From an uncultured Actinomycetes bacterium (GTDB lineage Bacteria; Actinomycetota; UBA4738; HRBIN12), in assembly GCA_963832225.1 (NCBI GenBank), contig CAWHTI010000013.1, forward strand, positions 122,315 to 186,314: DNA of 64,000 nucleotides. Direction: 5' to 3'. Both the position numbers and the translations under genes were made by a program. Position 1 is the first letter of the stretch. Every line of letters starts with the position of its first letter. Below, one piece after another: positions 27,801 through 39,627 of this stretch. The notes under the pieces are model-generated. The model was not told the origin of the DNA. It worked only from the letters and a program-made list of their open reading frames with translations, and searched no databases.

Positions 27801-28873
27801 ACGAGGCCGGGGATCAGGCGGCGGGCGTTGCCTGCGTACACGGCCGACAGGATGTCAGACGGCAGGCCCAGCCCGGAGATCGCCCACCGGCCCTGCGGCG
27901 GCGGATCCTCCGGGTCATAGGCGAAGTGCTCGTCGACCGTTTCGAGGAAACGGAAGTGGATCCGCGTAGATCTCCGGCTTGCGGCGGGAACAGGTCGACG
28001 CCGAACAGGATACCGGTCGGGATGCCGTTCGAGCAGCGCCCGCGCGGCGCGGGGCTGGCGCCCGAGCTCGGCGATCCGTGCCGCGAGGTCCGCGTGCAGG
28101 TTCGGATACGTGTCGAGCATCCGCCCCACCCATCCGAGGTCCTCTGCAGCGCAGGCCACGTGGGCACCGATGAACGTGGTGGCAGCATGCCGTGACACCA
28201 GCGATTCGAACGACGCCATCAGCTCGTCGAACGACGGGAGGCCGGGGCCGCCGAACCACCAGTCCGGGTTCGCGAGCAGCTCCTCGAGGCGTTCGTTCCG
28301 CTCGTCGAGCGGATCGAAGAACGCGATCGGGTCGGCGAGGTGGATCGTGACGGGGACGCCGAGCTCCGCCGCCGTCTGCCACACCGGATCGAGCCGCTCG
28401 TCGTCGGGGGCGATCAGGCGATCGCGATCGTCGCGGAACCGCAGGCCCAGATGCTTCCACACCTTGAGCCCCCGCGCGCCGCGCTGCACCGACTCGCGCA
28501 GCGACGCCGCCATCCGCTCGCCGAAGCCGGCCTCGCCCACCTCCCGCCAGTCCAGGTGCGCGAACGTGGCGAACCGTCCCGGATGCGCGCGGTCGTACCG
28601 GTCGAGGTTCGCCTCCAGCTCGTCGCCCCACATGCCGTCGAGGTTCACGATCGACGCGACGTTGCACGCGTCCATCACGTCGAGGAGCGCGGCGACGTCC
28701 GCGGTCCAGGCCCCGTCCTCGCCGAGCCACCGGCCCAGGTGGTTGTGCGCGTCGATCGCCGGCGCGCTCGCGCGCGGGACGTCGTGCTCGCGGCACGCGC
28801 AGCCGCGAGCGCGGCCGGAACTCGCGCAGGGGCAGGTCGCGCAGGTGCTCCGCCGGCCGTTCGGGGGGCCCAT
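27797..28873 (-). CDS. Amidohydrolase_2 family protein, several frameshifts
   Basis: IDAHNHLG, GLKVWK, IHLADP, FIGAH, ELGRQP, ILFGVD. Confidence 0.82.
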   Translation of the reverse strand: MGPPNGRRSTCATCPCASSGRARGCACREHDVPRASAPAIDAHNHLGRWLGEDGAWTADVAALLDVMDACNVASIVNLDGMWGDELEANLDRYDRAHPGRFATFAHLDWREVGEAGFGERMAASLRESVQRGARGLKVWKHLGLRFRDDRDRLIAPDDERLDPVWQTAAELGVPVTIHLADPIAFFDPLDERNERLEELLANPDWWFGGPGLPSFDELMASFESLVSRHAATTFIGAHVACAAEDLGWVGRMLDTYPNLHADLAARIAELGRQPRAARALLERHPDRYPVRRRPVPAASRRSTRIHFRFLETVDEHFAYDPEDPPPQGRWAISGLGLPSDILSAVYAGNARRLIPGLV

Positions 28874-28886
28874 CAGACCCGCCGCA

Positions 28887-29650
28887 TCAGACCACGGTGA
28901 CCGCAACGCCGGCCTCGCGGATCGCGGCCACGGCGCCGTCGTCGGCCGCGCCGTCGGTGATCAGCTCGTGCACCCGCTCGATCGCGCAGATCCTGGCGAA
29001 CGCGCGTGCGTCCGATCTTCGAGCTGTCCGCCACGACCACGCGTGCGACGCGCCCGTTCCATCAGCGCAAGGTTCGTGTGCGCCTCGACCTCGTGGTGGG
29101 TCATGAGGCCGGCGCTCGGACGAGATGCCGTCGACGCCCAGGAACACGATGTCCAGGTTCAGCCCGGCGAGCGACTGCTCGGCGATCGGACCGACGAGCT
29201 CGTAGGACTCCGAACGCGCCCAGCCGCCGGTCACCACCAGCTTCAGGTTGGGGCGGATCGCGAGCTCGCTCGCGATGTTGAGGGCGTTCGTCACCACGGT
29301 GAGGCGCTGGCGTTCCACCAGCACCCGCGCGACCTCGGTGGTGGTGGTGCCGCCGGTGAGCCCGACGGCCTCGCCGTCGGCGACGCGGCGTCGCGGCCTC
29401 GGCGGCGATGCGGCGCTTCTCCTCCTGGTGGCGCGCCGTCTTGTAGCGCAGCGGCAGCTCGTACAGGACGCCCTGCGCGACGGCGCCGCCGTGCGTGCGG
29501 GTGAGCAGGCGCTGGTCGTCCAGCAGCTCGAGGTCGCGACGGATCGTGGCCGGCGAGACGGCGAGCTCGGCAGCGAGATCGGCGACGCCCACGCTGCCGT
29601 CGTTCGCGAGAGATGCTCGAGGATCGCGCCGACCGCTCCGCCTGCCGCAT
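28887..29650 (-). CDS. DeoR/GlpR family regulator (AgaR-like), frameshifted
   Basis: VSPATIRRDL, RTHGGA, EEKRRIA, VVTNALNIA, FLGVDG across frames. Confidence 0.88.
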
Positions 29651-29685
29651 CCGGCCGGAGTGTAGCGCCATGTTGGATTGCATCC

Positions 29686-29704
29686 TGAGCGTATGTGAGC
29701 GTAT
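29686..29704. promoter_or_regulatory. Direct repeat TGAGCGTAT x2 (10-bp period), candidate DeoR operator
   Basis: Lies in the short divergent gap between the DeoR and SIS genes. Confidence 0.45.
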
Positions 29705-29715
29705 CGTCCGCCCGA

Positions 29716-30616
29716 ATGAGCGAAACCGAGCGTGAATTGGCGAGCCAGCCGTGGTGCTGGCGCGAGGCGCAGGGCTCGAGCGCCGATGGTCGGCTCTCGC
29801 GCTCCCCCGCCCGGGCGAGCGGTCGCCGCGGTCGGCTGCGGCACCTCCCTGTACATGGCGCAGGCCTACGCGGCGCTGCGCGAGGACGCGGCGCACGGCG
29901 AGACCGACGCCTTCGCCGCCAGCGAGTTCCCCGACGCGCGACGCTACGACCGCGTGGTGGCGATCACCCGCAGCGGCACGACGACCGAGGTCGTCCGGCT
30001 CCTCGACGCGCTGCGCGGACCGCCGTCGCGGCCACGGTCGTGAGCGCGGTGGCGGACTCGCCCGCGGCGCGGGCGCGCGACCGACGCCGTGGTCCTGGAG
30101 TTCGCCGACGAGCGCTCGGTGGTGCAGACGCGGTTCGCGACGAGCGCGCTCGCGCTGCTGCGCGCGCACACTCGGCGACGACGTGGAGCTCGACCGCCGC
30201 GATCGCCGAGGCCGAGCTGGCCGCCGTCGCCGACCTCGCCGGCCGATGCCGACGCGCGTTCGATCACTTCGTGTTCCTGGGCCACGGCTGGACGCGTCGG
30301 CACTGGCCAACGAGGCGGCCCTGAAGATCCGCGAGGCCGCGCAGGCCCACACCGAGTCCTACCCCGCCATGGAGTACCGGCACGGGCCGATCAGCCTGGC
30401 CGGGACCCGGTTCGCTCGTCTGGGTGCTGGGCACGCCCGACCCCGCCGTCGCCGACGACGTGCGAGCGACCGGCGCGACGGTCATCGACGTCGCCGAGCG
30501 CGACCCCATGGCCGAGCTCGATCCGGATCCAGCGGTTCGCGGTGGCGCTGGCCGCCGCCCGGGGCCTCGATCCCGACCATCCCCGCCACCTGACCCGCTC
30601 GGTGGTGCTGTCGTGA
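29716..30616 (+). CDS. SIS-domain sugar-phosphate isomerase/deaminase (AgaS-like), frameshifted
   Basis: ELASQP, GCGTS, TRSGTTTE, DERSVVQT, EAALKIRE, EYRHGP, PDHPRHLTRSVVL across frames. Confidence 0.85.
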
Positions 30617-30648
30617 TCGTCCGTCGCAGCGACAGTCGGAAGTGAACG

Positions 30649-32012
30649 ATGAAGCGTCGATCCCTGTTCGTGCTCTGTCACCGTGGTGGCGTTGATCGCT
30701 GCCGCGTGCTCGGGCGGCGAGCGACGGCGCCACCGACGCCGCGCGATTCCGGCGGCGGCAGCGGCGAGCCCGTCCGAGATCACCCTGTGGCACGGCTACG
30801 GCGCAGCCCGGCGAACGCAACGGCGTCGAGAACTACGAAGCGCGACTCGATCGGAGCAGCTGATCGACGAGTTCAACGCAGACGCACCCCGACATCCAGG
30901 TCGACGACGTCTTCTGCCGTGCAGCAACGACAACGCGCTGCAGAAGGTCACCGTGGCGCTGCAGGGCGGACAAGCAGCCCGACATCACCTACCAGTACGG
31001 CACCTCGCTGCCCGCAGCTCGTCGCAGCACGCCGGGCATCATCGACCTCACCGACCGCGTCGCCGAGCCCGACGTCGGACTGGGACGACTTCTTCCCGGG
31101 CGCGCAGGCGGCCGCCACCGTCGACGGCCGCGTGCTGGGCGTCCCCGCGCTGATCGACAACCTCGCGATCGTCTACAACAAGGAGCTGTTCGACGAGGCC
31201 GACATCGACCCGCCCACGGCGGACTGGACGTGGGAGGACTTCCGCGCGGCCGCCAAGGCGCTCACCGACCCGGCGAACGAAGCAGTTCGGGTTCGCGTTC
31301 CCGGCCGACGCCAGCGAGGACACCGTGTGGCACTACGACGCGATGCTGTGGGAGGCGGGCGGCGACATCCTCAACGCCGACAACACCGAGGCGGCGTTCA
31401 ACTCCGAGGCCGGCCTGCAGCGCGCTGAACACGCTCGCGCGACATGGCCGTCACGGATCAGAGTCGTGTACCTGCGACCTGCAGAACTCCAAGATCGACG
31501 ACCTGTTCAACAGCGGCAAGATCGGGATGGTGATCACCGGGCCGTGGGCGCTGTCGGGCTACCCGGACGTGAACTACGGCGTTCAGATCATGCCGCAGCT
31601 ACGACGGCTCGAACCACGAGACGATCGCCGGGCCCGACATGTGGGTGCTGTTCGACAACGGCGAGGAGCGCGCGGCCGCGGCGTGGAGTTCCTGCACTGG
31701 CTCACCGCGCCCGAGCAGGTGCAGCAGGACTCGATGCTGACCGGCCACCTGCCCACGCGCGCAGTCGGTGCTGACACGCCCGGGTTCACCGAGGAGTTCG
31801 GCAAGAAGTTCCCGGGCAACGACGTGTTCGCCGAGAACCTGGCCAACGTGAAGAAGGCGCGGCCCGGTGCTGGCCAGCGTACCCGCAGATCTCCGAGGCC
31901 ATGGGCCAGGCGATGGTGGTCGCCGTGATGCTGGGTGAGAAGGACCCGCAGCAGGCGTCTGGACGAGGCCGCCGCAGCAGGTCGAACGGCGTGCTGGCGC
32001 TCGCCGGCCTAG
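30649..32012 (+). CDS. Sugar ABC transporter substrate-binding lipoprotein, heavily frameshifted
   Basis: Lipobox AAACSG, ITLWHGY, IVYNKELF, WTWEDF, GMVITGPW. Confidence 0.82.
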
Positions 32013-32964
32013 CGATAGCGCCGCGTCGGCGACGGAGGCGCGGCGGGAGCGAGTTCCGCCGGTTCCTACATCGGACCACGTGGCCGGGTGGGCGTTCGTC
32101 GCTGCCGTCCGTGGTGCTGGTCGCGCTCTTCGGCCTCGTTCCCGATCGTGTGCGGGTCTCGTGCTGTCGCTGCAGAGCGCCGGCCTGCTGAGTCCGACGC
32201 GCGAGTTCATCGGGCTGCGACAACTACTCGGGCGATCCTGAAGCGACCCGACTAAGGCGCAGGGAGGCGGCGGTCCACGCCGTCGATCTACACGGTGATG
32301 TTCGTGCCGATCTCGGTGCTGGCGAGCGTTGTTCGTGGCGACCGCGCTGAACCGGAAGATCCGGCTGATCCGGTTCTACCGGCTGGCGGTGTTCATCCCC
32401 GTGGTCACGTCGACGATCGCGACCGGGATCATGTTCCTGTGGCTGTTCGACAAGAACTTCGGGCTCGCGAACTACGCTGCTCGGCAAGGTGGGGCTGGGC
32501 CCGTTCGGGTTCTTCGAGTCGCCGTGAGCGGCGCGATGCCCTCGCTGGTCGCCATGACCGTGTGGGGCTGGCTCGGCTTCGACGTGATCGTCTACCTGGC
32601 GGCGCTGCAGGGCATGCCGGACGAGCTGCTCGAGGCCGCGGCGATCGACGGGGCGGCGGGCTGGAGCATGTTCCGCAGCATCACGTGGCCGCTCCTGGGG
32701 CCGGCCACGCTGCTGCTGGTGGTGTGGTCGTCGATCAGCGCGCTGCAGCTGTTCGACGAGGTGTTCTTCGTGACGAACGGCGGGCCGTTGGGCGCGACGA
32801 ACGTGCCGGTCTTCTACGTCTTCGTGCTGGCGTTCCGCCAGGGCATCGGCTTTCCGCTGGCCGGATACGCGGCGGCGATCGCGTACGTGCTGTTCGTCGC
32901 GATCCTCGCGCTCACACTCGTGCAGTTCTGGATGGGACGGAGGGTGGTGCACTACTCCGCGTGA
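32010..32964 (+). CDS. Sugar ABC transporter permease 1, frameshifted; start approximate
   Basis: FIPVVTS, YLAALQG, EAAAIDGA, ITWPLL, LQLFDE. Confidence 0.85.
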
Positions 32965-33852
32965 GCGCCGTATGGGTGGACCCGAGCTCCCTGCCCGGTG
33001 AGACGGGGATGGTGGAGCGGCCGCGGCGGCGATGGCTGCCGTTCAGCCCGTGGCACCTGGTCCTGATGCCGATCGCCCTGGTGATGCTGACGCCGCTGTG
33101 GTCGGATGCTGGCGACCTCCTTCGAGACCCTCGAGCAGACCCGCCACTTCCCGCCGATCCTGTGGCCCGGAACGTTCCGCGTTCGAGAACTACCCCAACA
33201 CGATGCGAGGCCGCGGCGTTCCCCACGTGGTTCTGGAACACCACGGTCGTAACGGTCACGGTCGTGGCGAGCAACATCCTGCTCTGCTCCCTGGCCGGCT
33301 ACGCGTTCGCCCGGATCCGGTTCCTGGGGCGGGGCGTGCTGTACATGCTCCTGCTGGCGACGCTGATGGTGCCGCTGCAGGTCGTGCTGATCCCGTCGTT
33401 CCTGATCGTGAAGCGCTTCGGGCTGATCGATCACCTGGGGGCGCTGATCGTGCCGAACCTCGCGAGCGTGTTCGGCATCTTCATGCTCACGCAGTTCTTC
33501 CGGACGCTGCCGATCGAGCTGGAGGAGGCGGCGCGGATCGACGGGGCCTCGCGCCTGGGCATCCTGTTCCGGATCGTGCTCCCGCTGTCGATGCCCGCGC
33601 TCGCGACCCTGGCCGTGATCCAGTTCATGTGGACGTGGAACGACTTCCTGTGGCCGCTCGTCACCCTGCCGTTCAACGAGGGCGCCTACACGCTGCAGCT
33701 GGGCCTGGCGACGTTCCAGGACCGGCCACCAGACCGACTGGAACCTGTTGATGGCCGGCAACGTGATGAGCATGGTGCCGATGCTGCTGCTGTTCCTGCT
33801 GGCCCAGCGGTGGTTCATCCGGGGCATCGCCACGACGGGGCTCAAGGGCTAG
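32961..33852 (+). CDS. Sugar ABC transporter permease 2, frameshifted
   Basis: AGYAFAR, ELEEAARIDGAS, WNDFLWPL. Confidence 0.88.
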
Positions 33853-33856
33853 CGGC

Positions 33857-34980
33857 ATGGCCGACGTCACCCTGGAGCGCGTCACGAAGGTCTTCCCGGG
33901 CAGCACCGTCGCCGTCGACGACCTCTCGCTCGAGGTCGCCGACGGCGAGTTCCTGATCCTGGTGGGACCCGCGGATGCGGCAAGACCACCGCGCTGCGGA
34001 TGGTGGCCGGCCTCGAGCGGATCTCCGCCGGCGAGATCCGCGTGGGCGGTACCGTCGTGAACGACGTCCCGCCGAAGGACCGAGACATCGCGATGGTGTT
34101 CCAGAACTACGCGCTGTATCCGCACATGACGGTCGAGCGGAACCTCGCCTTCGCGCTGCGTCAGCGACGGACGCCGCGCGCGGAGATCGAGCGGAGGGTA
34201 CGCGAGGTGGCGGAGATGCTCGCGCTCACCGAACTGCTGAAACGGCGGCCCGGGCAGCTGTCCGGCGGGCAGCGGCAGCGGGTAGCCATGGGGCGCGCCC
34301 TGGTGCGGGAGCCCAAGGCGTTCCTGCTGGACGAGCCGCTGTCGAACCTCGACGCGAAGCTCCGCGTGCAGATGCGGGCGGAGCTGAAGCGGATCCACCT
34401 GCAGCTCGGGATCACCACCGTCTACGTGACGCACGACCAGGTGGAGGCCATGACGCTCGGCGACCGGATCGCGGTGATGAGCGGCGGGCGCCTCCAGCAG
34501 CTCGGACCCCCGCAGGACGTCTACGACCACCCCGCGAACGTCTTCGTGGCCGGGTTCATCGGATCCCCCGCCATGAACCTGTTGCAGGCCAGGGCGAAGG
34601 GCGGGTCCGTGACGGCCGGCGCGCTGACGCTGCCGATGAGCGGCGTGCCGGACGGCGAGGTGATCCTGGGTCTGCGACCCGAGGTGCTGGAGCCGGCGAC
34701 CGGCGCGGGCGACGCCGAGCTCACCCTGCTGGTCGACGTCGTGGAGCCGCTCGGCGACGAGGTCCTCGTCCACGGCACGGTGGCGGGCGAGGCGGCGACC
34801 AGCGGCGCCGAGGAGGAGGACCTCGGGGTCCTCGCGGTCGGGGTCTCCGGCGCGCGGGCGCCCGTGACGGTGCGGCTCGATCCGCGGACGAGGTCGGTGC
34901 CCGGCGAGGAGCTGCGCCTGTCGGTCGACGCCGACCGTGTGCACCTCTTCGACGCGCGGACCGGCGCGGCGATCGGGTGA
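33857..34980 (+). CDS. Sugar ABC transporter ATPase (MsmX/UgpC-like), frameshift in Walker A
   Basis: RDIAMVFQNYALYPHM, LSGGQRQR, LLDEPLSNLD, YVTHDQ. Confidence 0.92.
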
Positions 34981-34992
34981 GCCGGTGAGACG

Positions 34993-36134
34993 GTGAGCCT
35001 GCCGGTCGCCGGGGTCGACACGCCGGCGCTGCTGATCGACCTCGACGTGATGGAGCGAAACATCGCCGCGATGGCGTCCGCCGCCGCGGAGGCCGGCGTG
35101 CGCCTTCGCCCCCACACGAAGACGCACAAGTGTCCGGAGATCGCGCGGATGCAGGTCGATGCCGGCGCCGCCGGCATCACGGTCGCGAAGCTCGGCGAGG
35201 CCGAGGTGATGGCGGACGCCGGTCTCGACGACATCCTGGTCGCGTATCCGATCGTCGGCGACGCGAAGCTCGCGCGGCTCCGCGCGCTGCGCGATCGCGC
35301 GAGGGTGCGCGTCTCGCTGGACAGTGCGGAGGTGGCGGGCGGCGTCGGCTCGATCGGCTCGGCCGGCGACCCCGTCGAGATCCTGGTCGAGGTCGACACC
35401 GGTCATCACCGCATGGGCCGGCCGCCCGGCGAGCCCACGGCCGAGCTCGTGACGGAGGTCGCCCGGATCGAGGGCGTCGAGGTCGTCGGGCTGATCTCCC
35501 ACGGCGGACACGCCTACCGGGCGGCCGGCGAGGAGCTCGAGGCGGTGGCCCGCCGCGAGGCCGAGGACCTCGCGGCCACGGCCGAGGCGTGCGTGCGCGC
35601 CGGTGTGGAGATCCGGGAGATCAGCGTCGGCGCCACTCCCACCGCCGCATGGGTCTCGGGGCTCGCGGGGGTGACGGAGAGCCGGCCCGGCACCTACGTC
35701 TTCCAGGACGTGCAGCAGATGCGGCTGGGGGTCGCGCGCGAGCCCGACTGCGCGGCGACCGTCCTGGCGACCGTGGTCTCCCGGCCCTGGGAGGATCGGT
35801 TCGTCCTCGACGCCGGATCGAAGAGCCTCTCCTCCGACGGCGGCGACGGGCCGCCGTTCCCGGGTCGGGGCCTCGTCGCCGGCCGGCCGGACCTGCACCT
35901 GGACTTCCTCACGGAGGAGCACGGCGTGGGTCACGTGCGGGCCGGTGGGAGGGCGGGACGGGCGGGACGGGCGGGACGGATCCGAGCGGTGGCCCCCTCG
36001 CCGTCGGGGACCGGGTTCGCGTGATCCCGCTCCACGTCTGCGCCTCCGTGAACCTGTTCGACACCGCGCTCGGGGTGCGCGGCGACGCGGTCGAGCGCGA
36101 GCTGGCGATCGCGGGACGTGGGAAGGTTCGGTGA
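34993..36134 (+). CDS. Fold-type III PLP enzyme, DSD1/D-threonine aldolase family, frameshift near 35960
   Basis: TPALLID, RPHTKTHK, EVDTG..R.G, RPGTYVF.D, DAGSK, EEHG, IPLHVC. Confidence 0.88.
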
Positions 36135-36892
36135 TGCGGGGACTCGCCGGTAGGGGCGTGCTGATCTCGGGCGGCACCAGCGGCATCGGCCTGGCCACCG
36201 CGCGACGGTTCCTGGAGGAGGGCTCGCGGGTCTTCGTGGGGGGTCTCGACGCCGGCGAGGTCGGCGCGGCCGTGGCCGGCCTCGAGGAGCTCGGCACGAT
36301 CGGCGGCCTCGAGGGCGACGTGGCGTCCGAGGCTGACGTGACGGCGCTGATCGGCGGCGCCGAGGCCACGATCGGCCGGATCGACGTGCTCATCAACAAC
36401 GCCGGCATCGCGACGAAGGACGCCTTCGTGGAGATGGACGCCGCGGCGTGGGACCGGACGATCGCGGTGAACCTCCGGGGCATGTTCCTGGTGGCGCAGG
36501 CCGTCGCCCGGCGGATGCTGGAGCCGGAGCCCGGCGGCGGCGTCATCGTGAACATGGCCTCGACGAACGCGCTCGCCGGCGAGCCGGACTTCGCGCACTA
36601 CAACGCGTCGAAGGGCGGAGTCCTACAGCTCACCCGCACGATGGCGGTGGAGCTCGGGCCCCGCGGCATCCGCGTGAACTGCGTGTGCCCGGGGTTCATC
36701 GACACGCCCCTGAACGACCGGCTCACCACCCGCGAGGAGCGGGAGGCGTACGCCCGCGAGCGGATCCCGATGCGGCGCTCCGGGTCCGCGGAGGAGATCG
36801 CGGCCGCGTACGCGTTCCTGGCGTCGGACGAGGCCTCGTTCGTGCACGGCGAGGCGCTCGTCGTGGACGGCGGGCAGCTGGCGGTGATGTAG
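36134..36892 (+). CDS. Short-chain dehydrogenase/reductase
   Basis: GGTSGIG, NNAG, YNASK, VCPG. Confidence 0.92.
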   Translation: MRGLAGRGVLISGGTSGIGLATARRFLEEGSRVFVGGLDAGEVGAAVAGLEELGTIGGLEGDVASEADVTALIGGAEATIGRIDVLINNAGIATKDAFVEMDAAAWDRTIAVNLRGMFLVAQAVARRMLEPEPGGGVIVNMASTNALAGEPDFAHYNASKGGVLQLTRTMAVELGPRGIRVNCVCPGFIDTPLNDRLTTREEREAYARERIPMRRSGSAEEIAAAYAFLASDEASFVHGEALVVDGGQLAVM

Positions 36893-36894
36893 CG

Positions 36895-37746
36895 GTGGCC
36901 GGCTCACCCCTGGATGCGCTGCGCGATCTGCCCCTCGCGGATCGCGCGGTCGCGCTCTCCTGGCTCGGCCAGGCCGGGTTCGCGCTGCGGACCGGCGGGA
37001 CGGGCGGGGCGGGCGGGACCACGGCCCTGATCGACCCCTTCCTGTCGCCGTGGAACGGGCGGCTGTACGAGAGCGCGCTCCCGCCTGGGCGGGCGGAGGG
37101 CGTCGACCTCGTGCTCGTGACCCACGAGCACGTCGACCACTTCGACGCGGCGAGCGCGCCGGCGATCGCGGCGGCGAGCCCGGGGGCCGTCTTCGTGGTG
37201 CCGGCGCCGATCGTGGAGATGGTGACGGAGTCCGGCATCGCTCCCGATCGCGTCGTGGGCGTGCAGCCGGGTGACGACATCGAGCTCGCGGGGATGCGGA
37301 TCCGGCCGGTCCCCGCGATGCACGGCGTGACGATGGACGACGCGTACGGCTTCGGCCGCGAGCTGTCGGCTGGCCTGGTGCGCTTCCTGGGGTTCGTGCT
37401 CGACGCCGGCGGCGTGCGCGTGTACCACGCCGGCGACACGATCCACTTCGACGGGATGGAGGCGACCCTGCGGGATCTCGAGATCGACGTCGGGCTCCTG
37501 CCGATCAACGGCCGCGATCCGGAGCGGGAGGCCCGCGGCATCGTCGGCAACCTGTCCGAGCGCGAGGCGGCCTGGCTCGCCCGCGAGGTCGCGTTCGACC
37601 TGCTGATCCCGATGCACTACGACCTGTTCGCGCGCAACCGCGGCTATCCGGCGCACGTCGTGGACAGCGTGGACCGGGACCATCCCGGCGTGCCGGTCTT
37701 CGTCCCGGCGCGCGAGCATCCGTTCGAGCTGGGGGCACGGCGATGA
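36895..37746 (+). CDS. MBL-fold metallo-hydrolase (UlaG-like lactonase)
   Basis: WLGQAGF, THEHVDH, YHAGDT, LPING, IPMHYD. Confidence 0.88.
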   Translation: MAGSPLDALRDLPLADRAVALSWLGQAGFALRTGGTGGAGGTTALIDPFLSPWNGRLYESALPPGRAEGVDLVLVTHEHVDHFDAASAPAIAAASPGAVFVVPAPIVEMVTESGIAPDRVVGVQPGDDIELAGMRIRPVPAMHGVTMDDAYGFGRELSAGLVRFLGFVLDAGGVRVYHAGDTIHFDGMEATLRDLEIDVGLLPINGRDPEREARGIVGNLSEREAAWLAREVAFDLLIPMHYDLFARNRGYPAHVVDSVDRDHPGVPVFVPAREHPFELGARR

Positions 37747-37762
37747 CGGGAGCACCGGGCGG

Positions 37763-38767
37763 GTGAGGGCGCTCGTGTACCTCGGACCGGGGCGGATGGA
37801 GCTGCAGGACGCGCCCGACCCCGAGCCCGCCCCCGGCGAGGTGGTGGTCGCCACGCGCGCCTCGGCGATCTGCGGCTCGGACCTGCACGGCTTCCGGGAG
37901 GCGAGCCCCCGCCGGATCCCGCCGCTCGTGATGGGTCACGAGACCGTTGGCGTCGTCGACGCCGTCGGCGACGGCGCCGATCCGTCGCTCGTGGGCCGCC
38001 GGGTCGTGCTGAAGCCGATCGTCGCCTGCGGGACGTGCGACGACTGCCGCGAGGGCGACATCAACCACTGCGCAACGGGCCGGCTCGTCGGACGCGACCT
38101 TCCCGGCGGATTCGCGGAGCGCTTCGCCGTGCCGGCGGCGTCGGCCGTGCTGATCCCGCCCGATCTCTCCGAGGAGCTCGCGACGCTCACGGAGCCGCTG
38201 GCGAACGCGGTGCACGTGGCCTCGCGCTGGGTGCGCCCCGGCGATCGCGTGTTCGTGATCGGCGCCGGGCCGATCGGCGTCCTGATGGCGCGCGCCGCGC
38301 TGCTGTTCGGCGCCGCGGACGTGCACATCTCCGATCCGGTACCCGAGCGGCTCGCGCTCGCGGAGGCGCAGGGCGCGACCCCGCTGGCCGGCGACGACGC
38401 GTCCGACGCCGTCCGCGCGGTCACCGGCGGCCGCGGGCCGGATCTGGTCATCGACGCGGCGGGGTTCGAGGCGACGTGGGCGCTCGGGCTGCGATCCGTC
38501 CGAACCGGCGGGCGGATCGTGGAGGTCGGCCTCGGCGCCCCGGCGGGGCGGCTCGACTACTTCGCCGTGCTCGGGAAGGAGGTCACGCTCACGGGCTCGT
38601 ACGCGTGGTCCGACGACGACTTCGCCCAAGCGCTGGAGCTCGTGGCCGCCGGGAAGGTGGACACGACGGGGTGGACCACGCGCATGCCCCTCGCGGACGG
38701 GCAGCGCGCGTTCGAGGAGCTGACCGGCGGCCGCGGCGACCACTTCAAGGTCGTCCTGGAGGTCTAG
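37763..38767 (+). CDS. Zn-dependent MDR (sugar/alcohol) dehydrogenase
   Basis: ICGSDLH, GHE, CGTCDDC...C, GAGPIG. Confidence 0.92.
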   Translation: MRALVYLGPGRMELQDAPDPEPAPGEVVVATRASAICGSDLHGFREASPRRIPPLVMGHETVGVVDAVGDGADPSLVGRRVVLKPIVACGTCDDCREGDINHCATGRLVGRDLPGGFAERFAVPAASAVLIPPDLSEELATLTEPLANAVHVASRWVRPGDRVFVIGAGPIGVLMARAALLFGAADVHISDPVPERLALAEAQGATPLAGDDASDAVRAVTGGRGPDLVIDAAGFEATWALGLRSVRTGGRIVEVGLGAPAGRLDYFAVLGKEVTLTGSYAWSDDDFAQALELVAAGKVDTTGWTTRMPLADGQRAFEELTGGRGDHFKVVLEV

Positions 38768-39571
38768 ATGCGTCTGGTCTCGTTCGACGGGGGCTTCGGC
38801 CGTGTGGAGGGAGCGGAGGTCGTGCCGATGGGGCCGGACCTCGCGGCGTGGCTCGGCGGAGCGCCCGTTGCGGAGTCGGCGGTGATCCCCCGGGGGTCGC
38901 TGCGGATGCGCGCCCCGGTCCCCCGCCCCGGCAAGATCTTCGGCGTCGGCCTCAACTACCGCGATCACGCGGAGGAGGCCGGGCAGCCGGTGCCGGAGGT
39001 GCCGATCCTGTTCGCGAAGTTCGCGAACTCCGTGATCGGGCCCGGCGAGCCGATCGTGGTGCCGGCCGCGACGGAGCAGCCCGACTACGAGGCCGAGCTG
39101 GGGGTCGTGATCGGTCGGACGGCGTTCGAGGTCGCCGTGGACGACGCGCTGGACCACGTGGGCGGGTACCTCTGCTGCAACGACGTGTCCGCGCGCGATC
39201 TGCAGCTCTCCGTCCCCCAATGGACCCGCGGCAAGGCGATCGACACGTTCCTTCCATGCGGCCCCGAGCTCGTGACCTCCGACGAGATCGCCGATCCGCA
39301 GGCGCTCGCGATCCGCTGCGTGCTGAACGGGACGACGATGCAGGACTCCTCCACCGCGCAGATGGTGTTCGGGGTGGCGGAGCTCGTGAGCTTCATCAGC
39401 CAGGCCTGCACCCTGGAGCCGGGCGACCTGATCGTGACCGGAACCCCGCCGGGCGTCGGCTTCACGCGAACGCCGCCCGTCTGGCTGCACGACGGGGACG
39501 AGGTCACGATCGAGATCGAGGGCCTCTCCGCCCTGACGAACCCGGTGCGGCGGCCCTCGGAGACCCGCTAG
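38768..39571 (+). CDS. Fumarylacetoacetate hydrolase family protein
   Basis: GLNYRDH, DYEAEL, NDVSARD, GKAIDTF.P.GP, TGTPPGVG. Confidence 0.93.
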   Translation: MRLVSFDGGFGRVEGAEVVPMGPDLAAWLGGAPVAESAVIPRGSLRMRAPVPRPGKIFGVGLNYRDHAEEAGQPVPEVPILFAKFANSVIGPGEPIVVPAATEQPDYEAELGVVIGRTAFEVAVDDALDHVGGYLCCNDVSARDLQLSVPQWTRGKAIDTFLPCGPELVTSDEIADPQALAIRCVLNGTTMQDSSTAQMVFGVAELVSFISQACTLEPGDLIVTGTPPGVGFTRTPPVWLHDGDEVTIEIEGLSALTNPVRRPSETR

Positions 39572-39627
39572 CCGAGTTCATCGGCCCATCGCCGGACGGG
39601 CGGTCCGGGCTGCGCTACGGTTCGATC

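Noticed and set aside
35951-35980. GGGCGGGAC repeats as a programmed frameshift or phase-variation site in the DSD1 gene
   Set aside because: Indels are common throughout this assembly, so it cannot be told from error without reads
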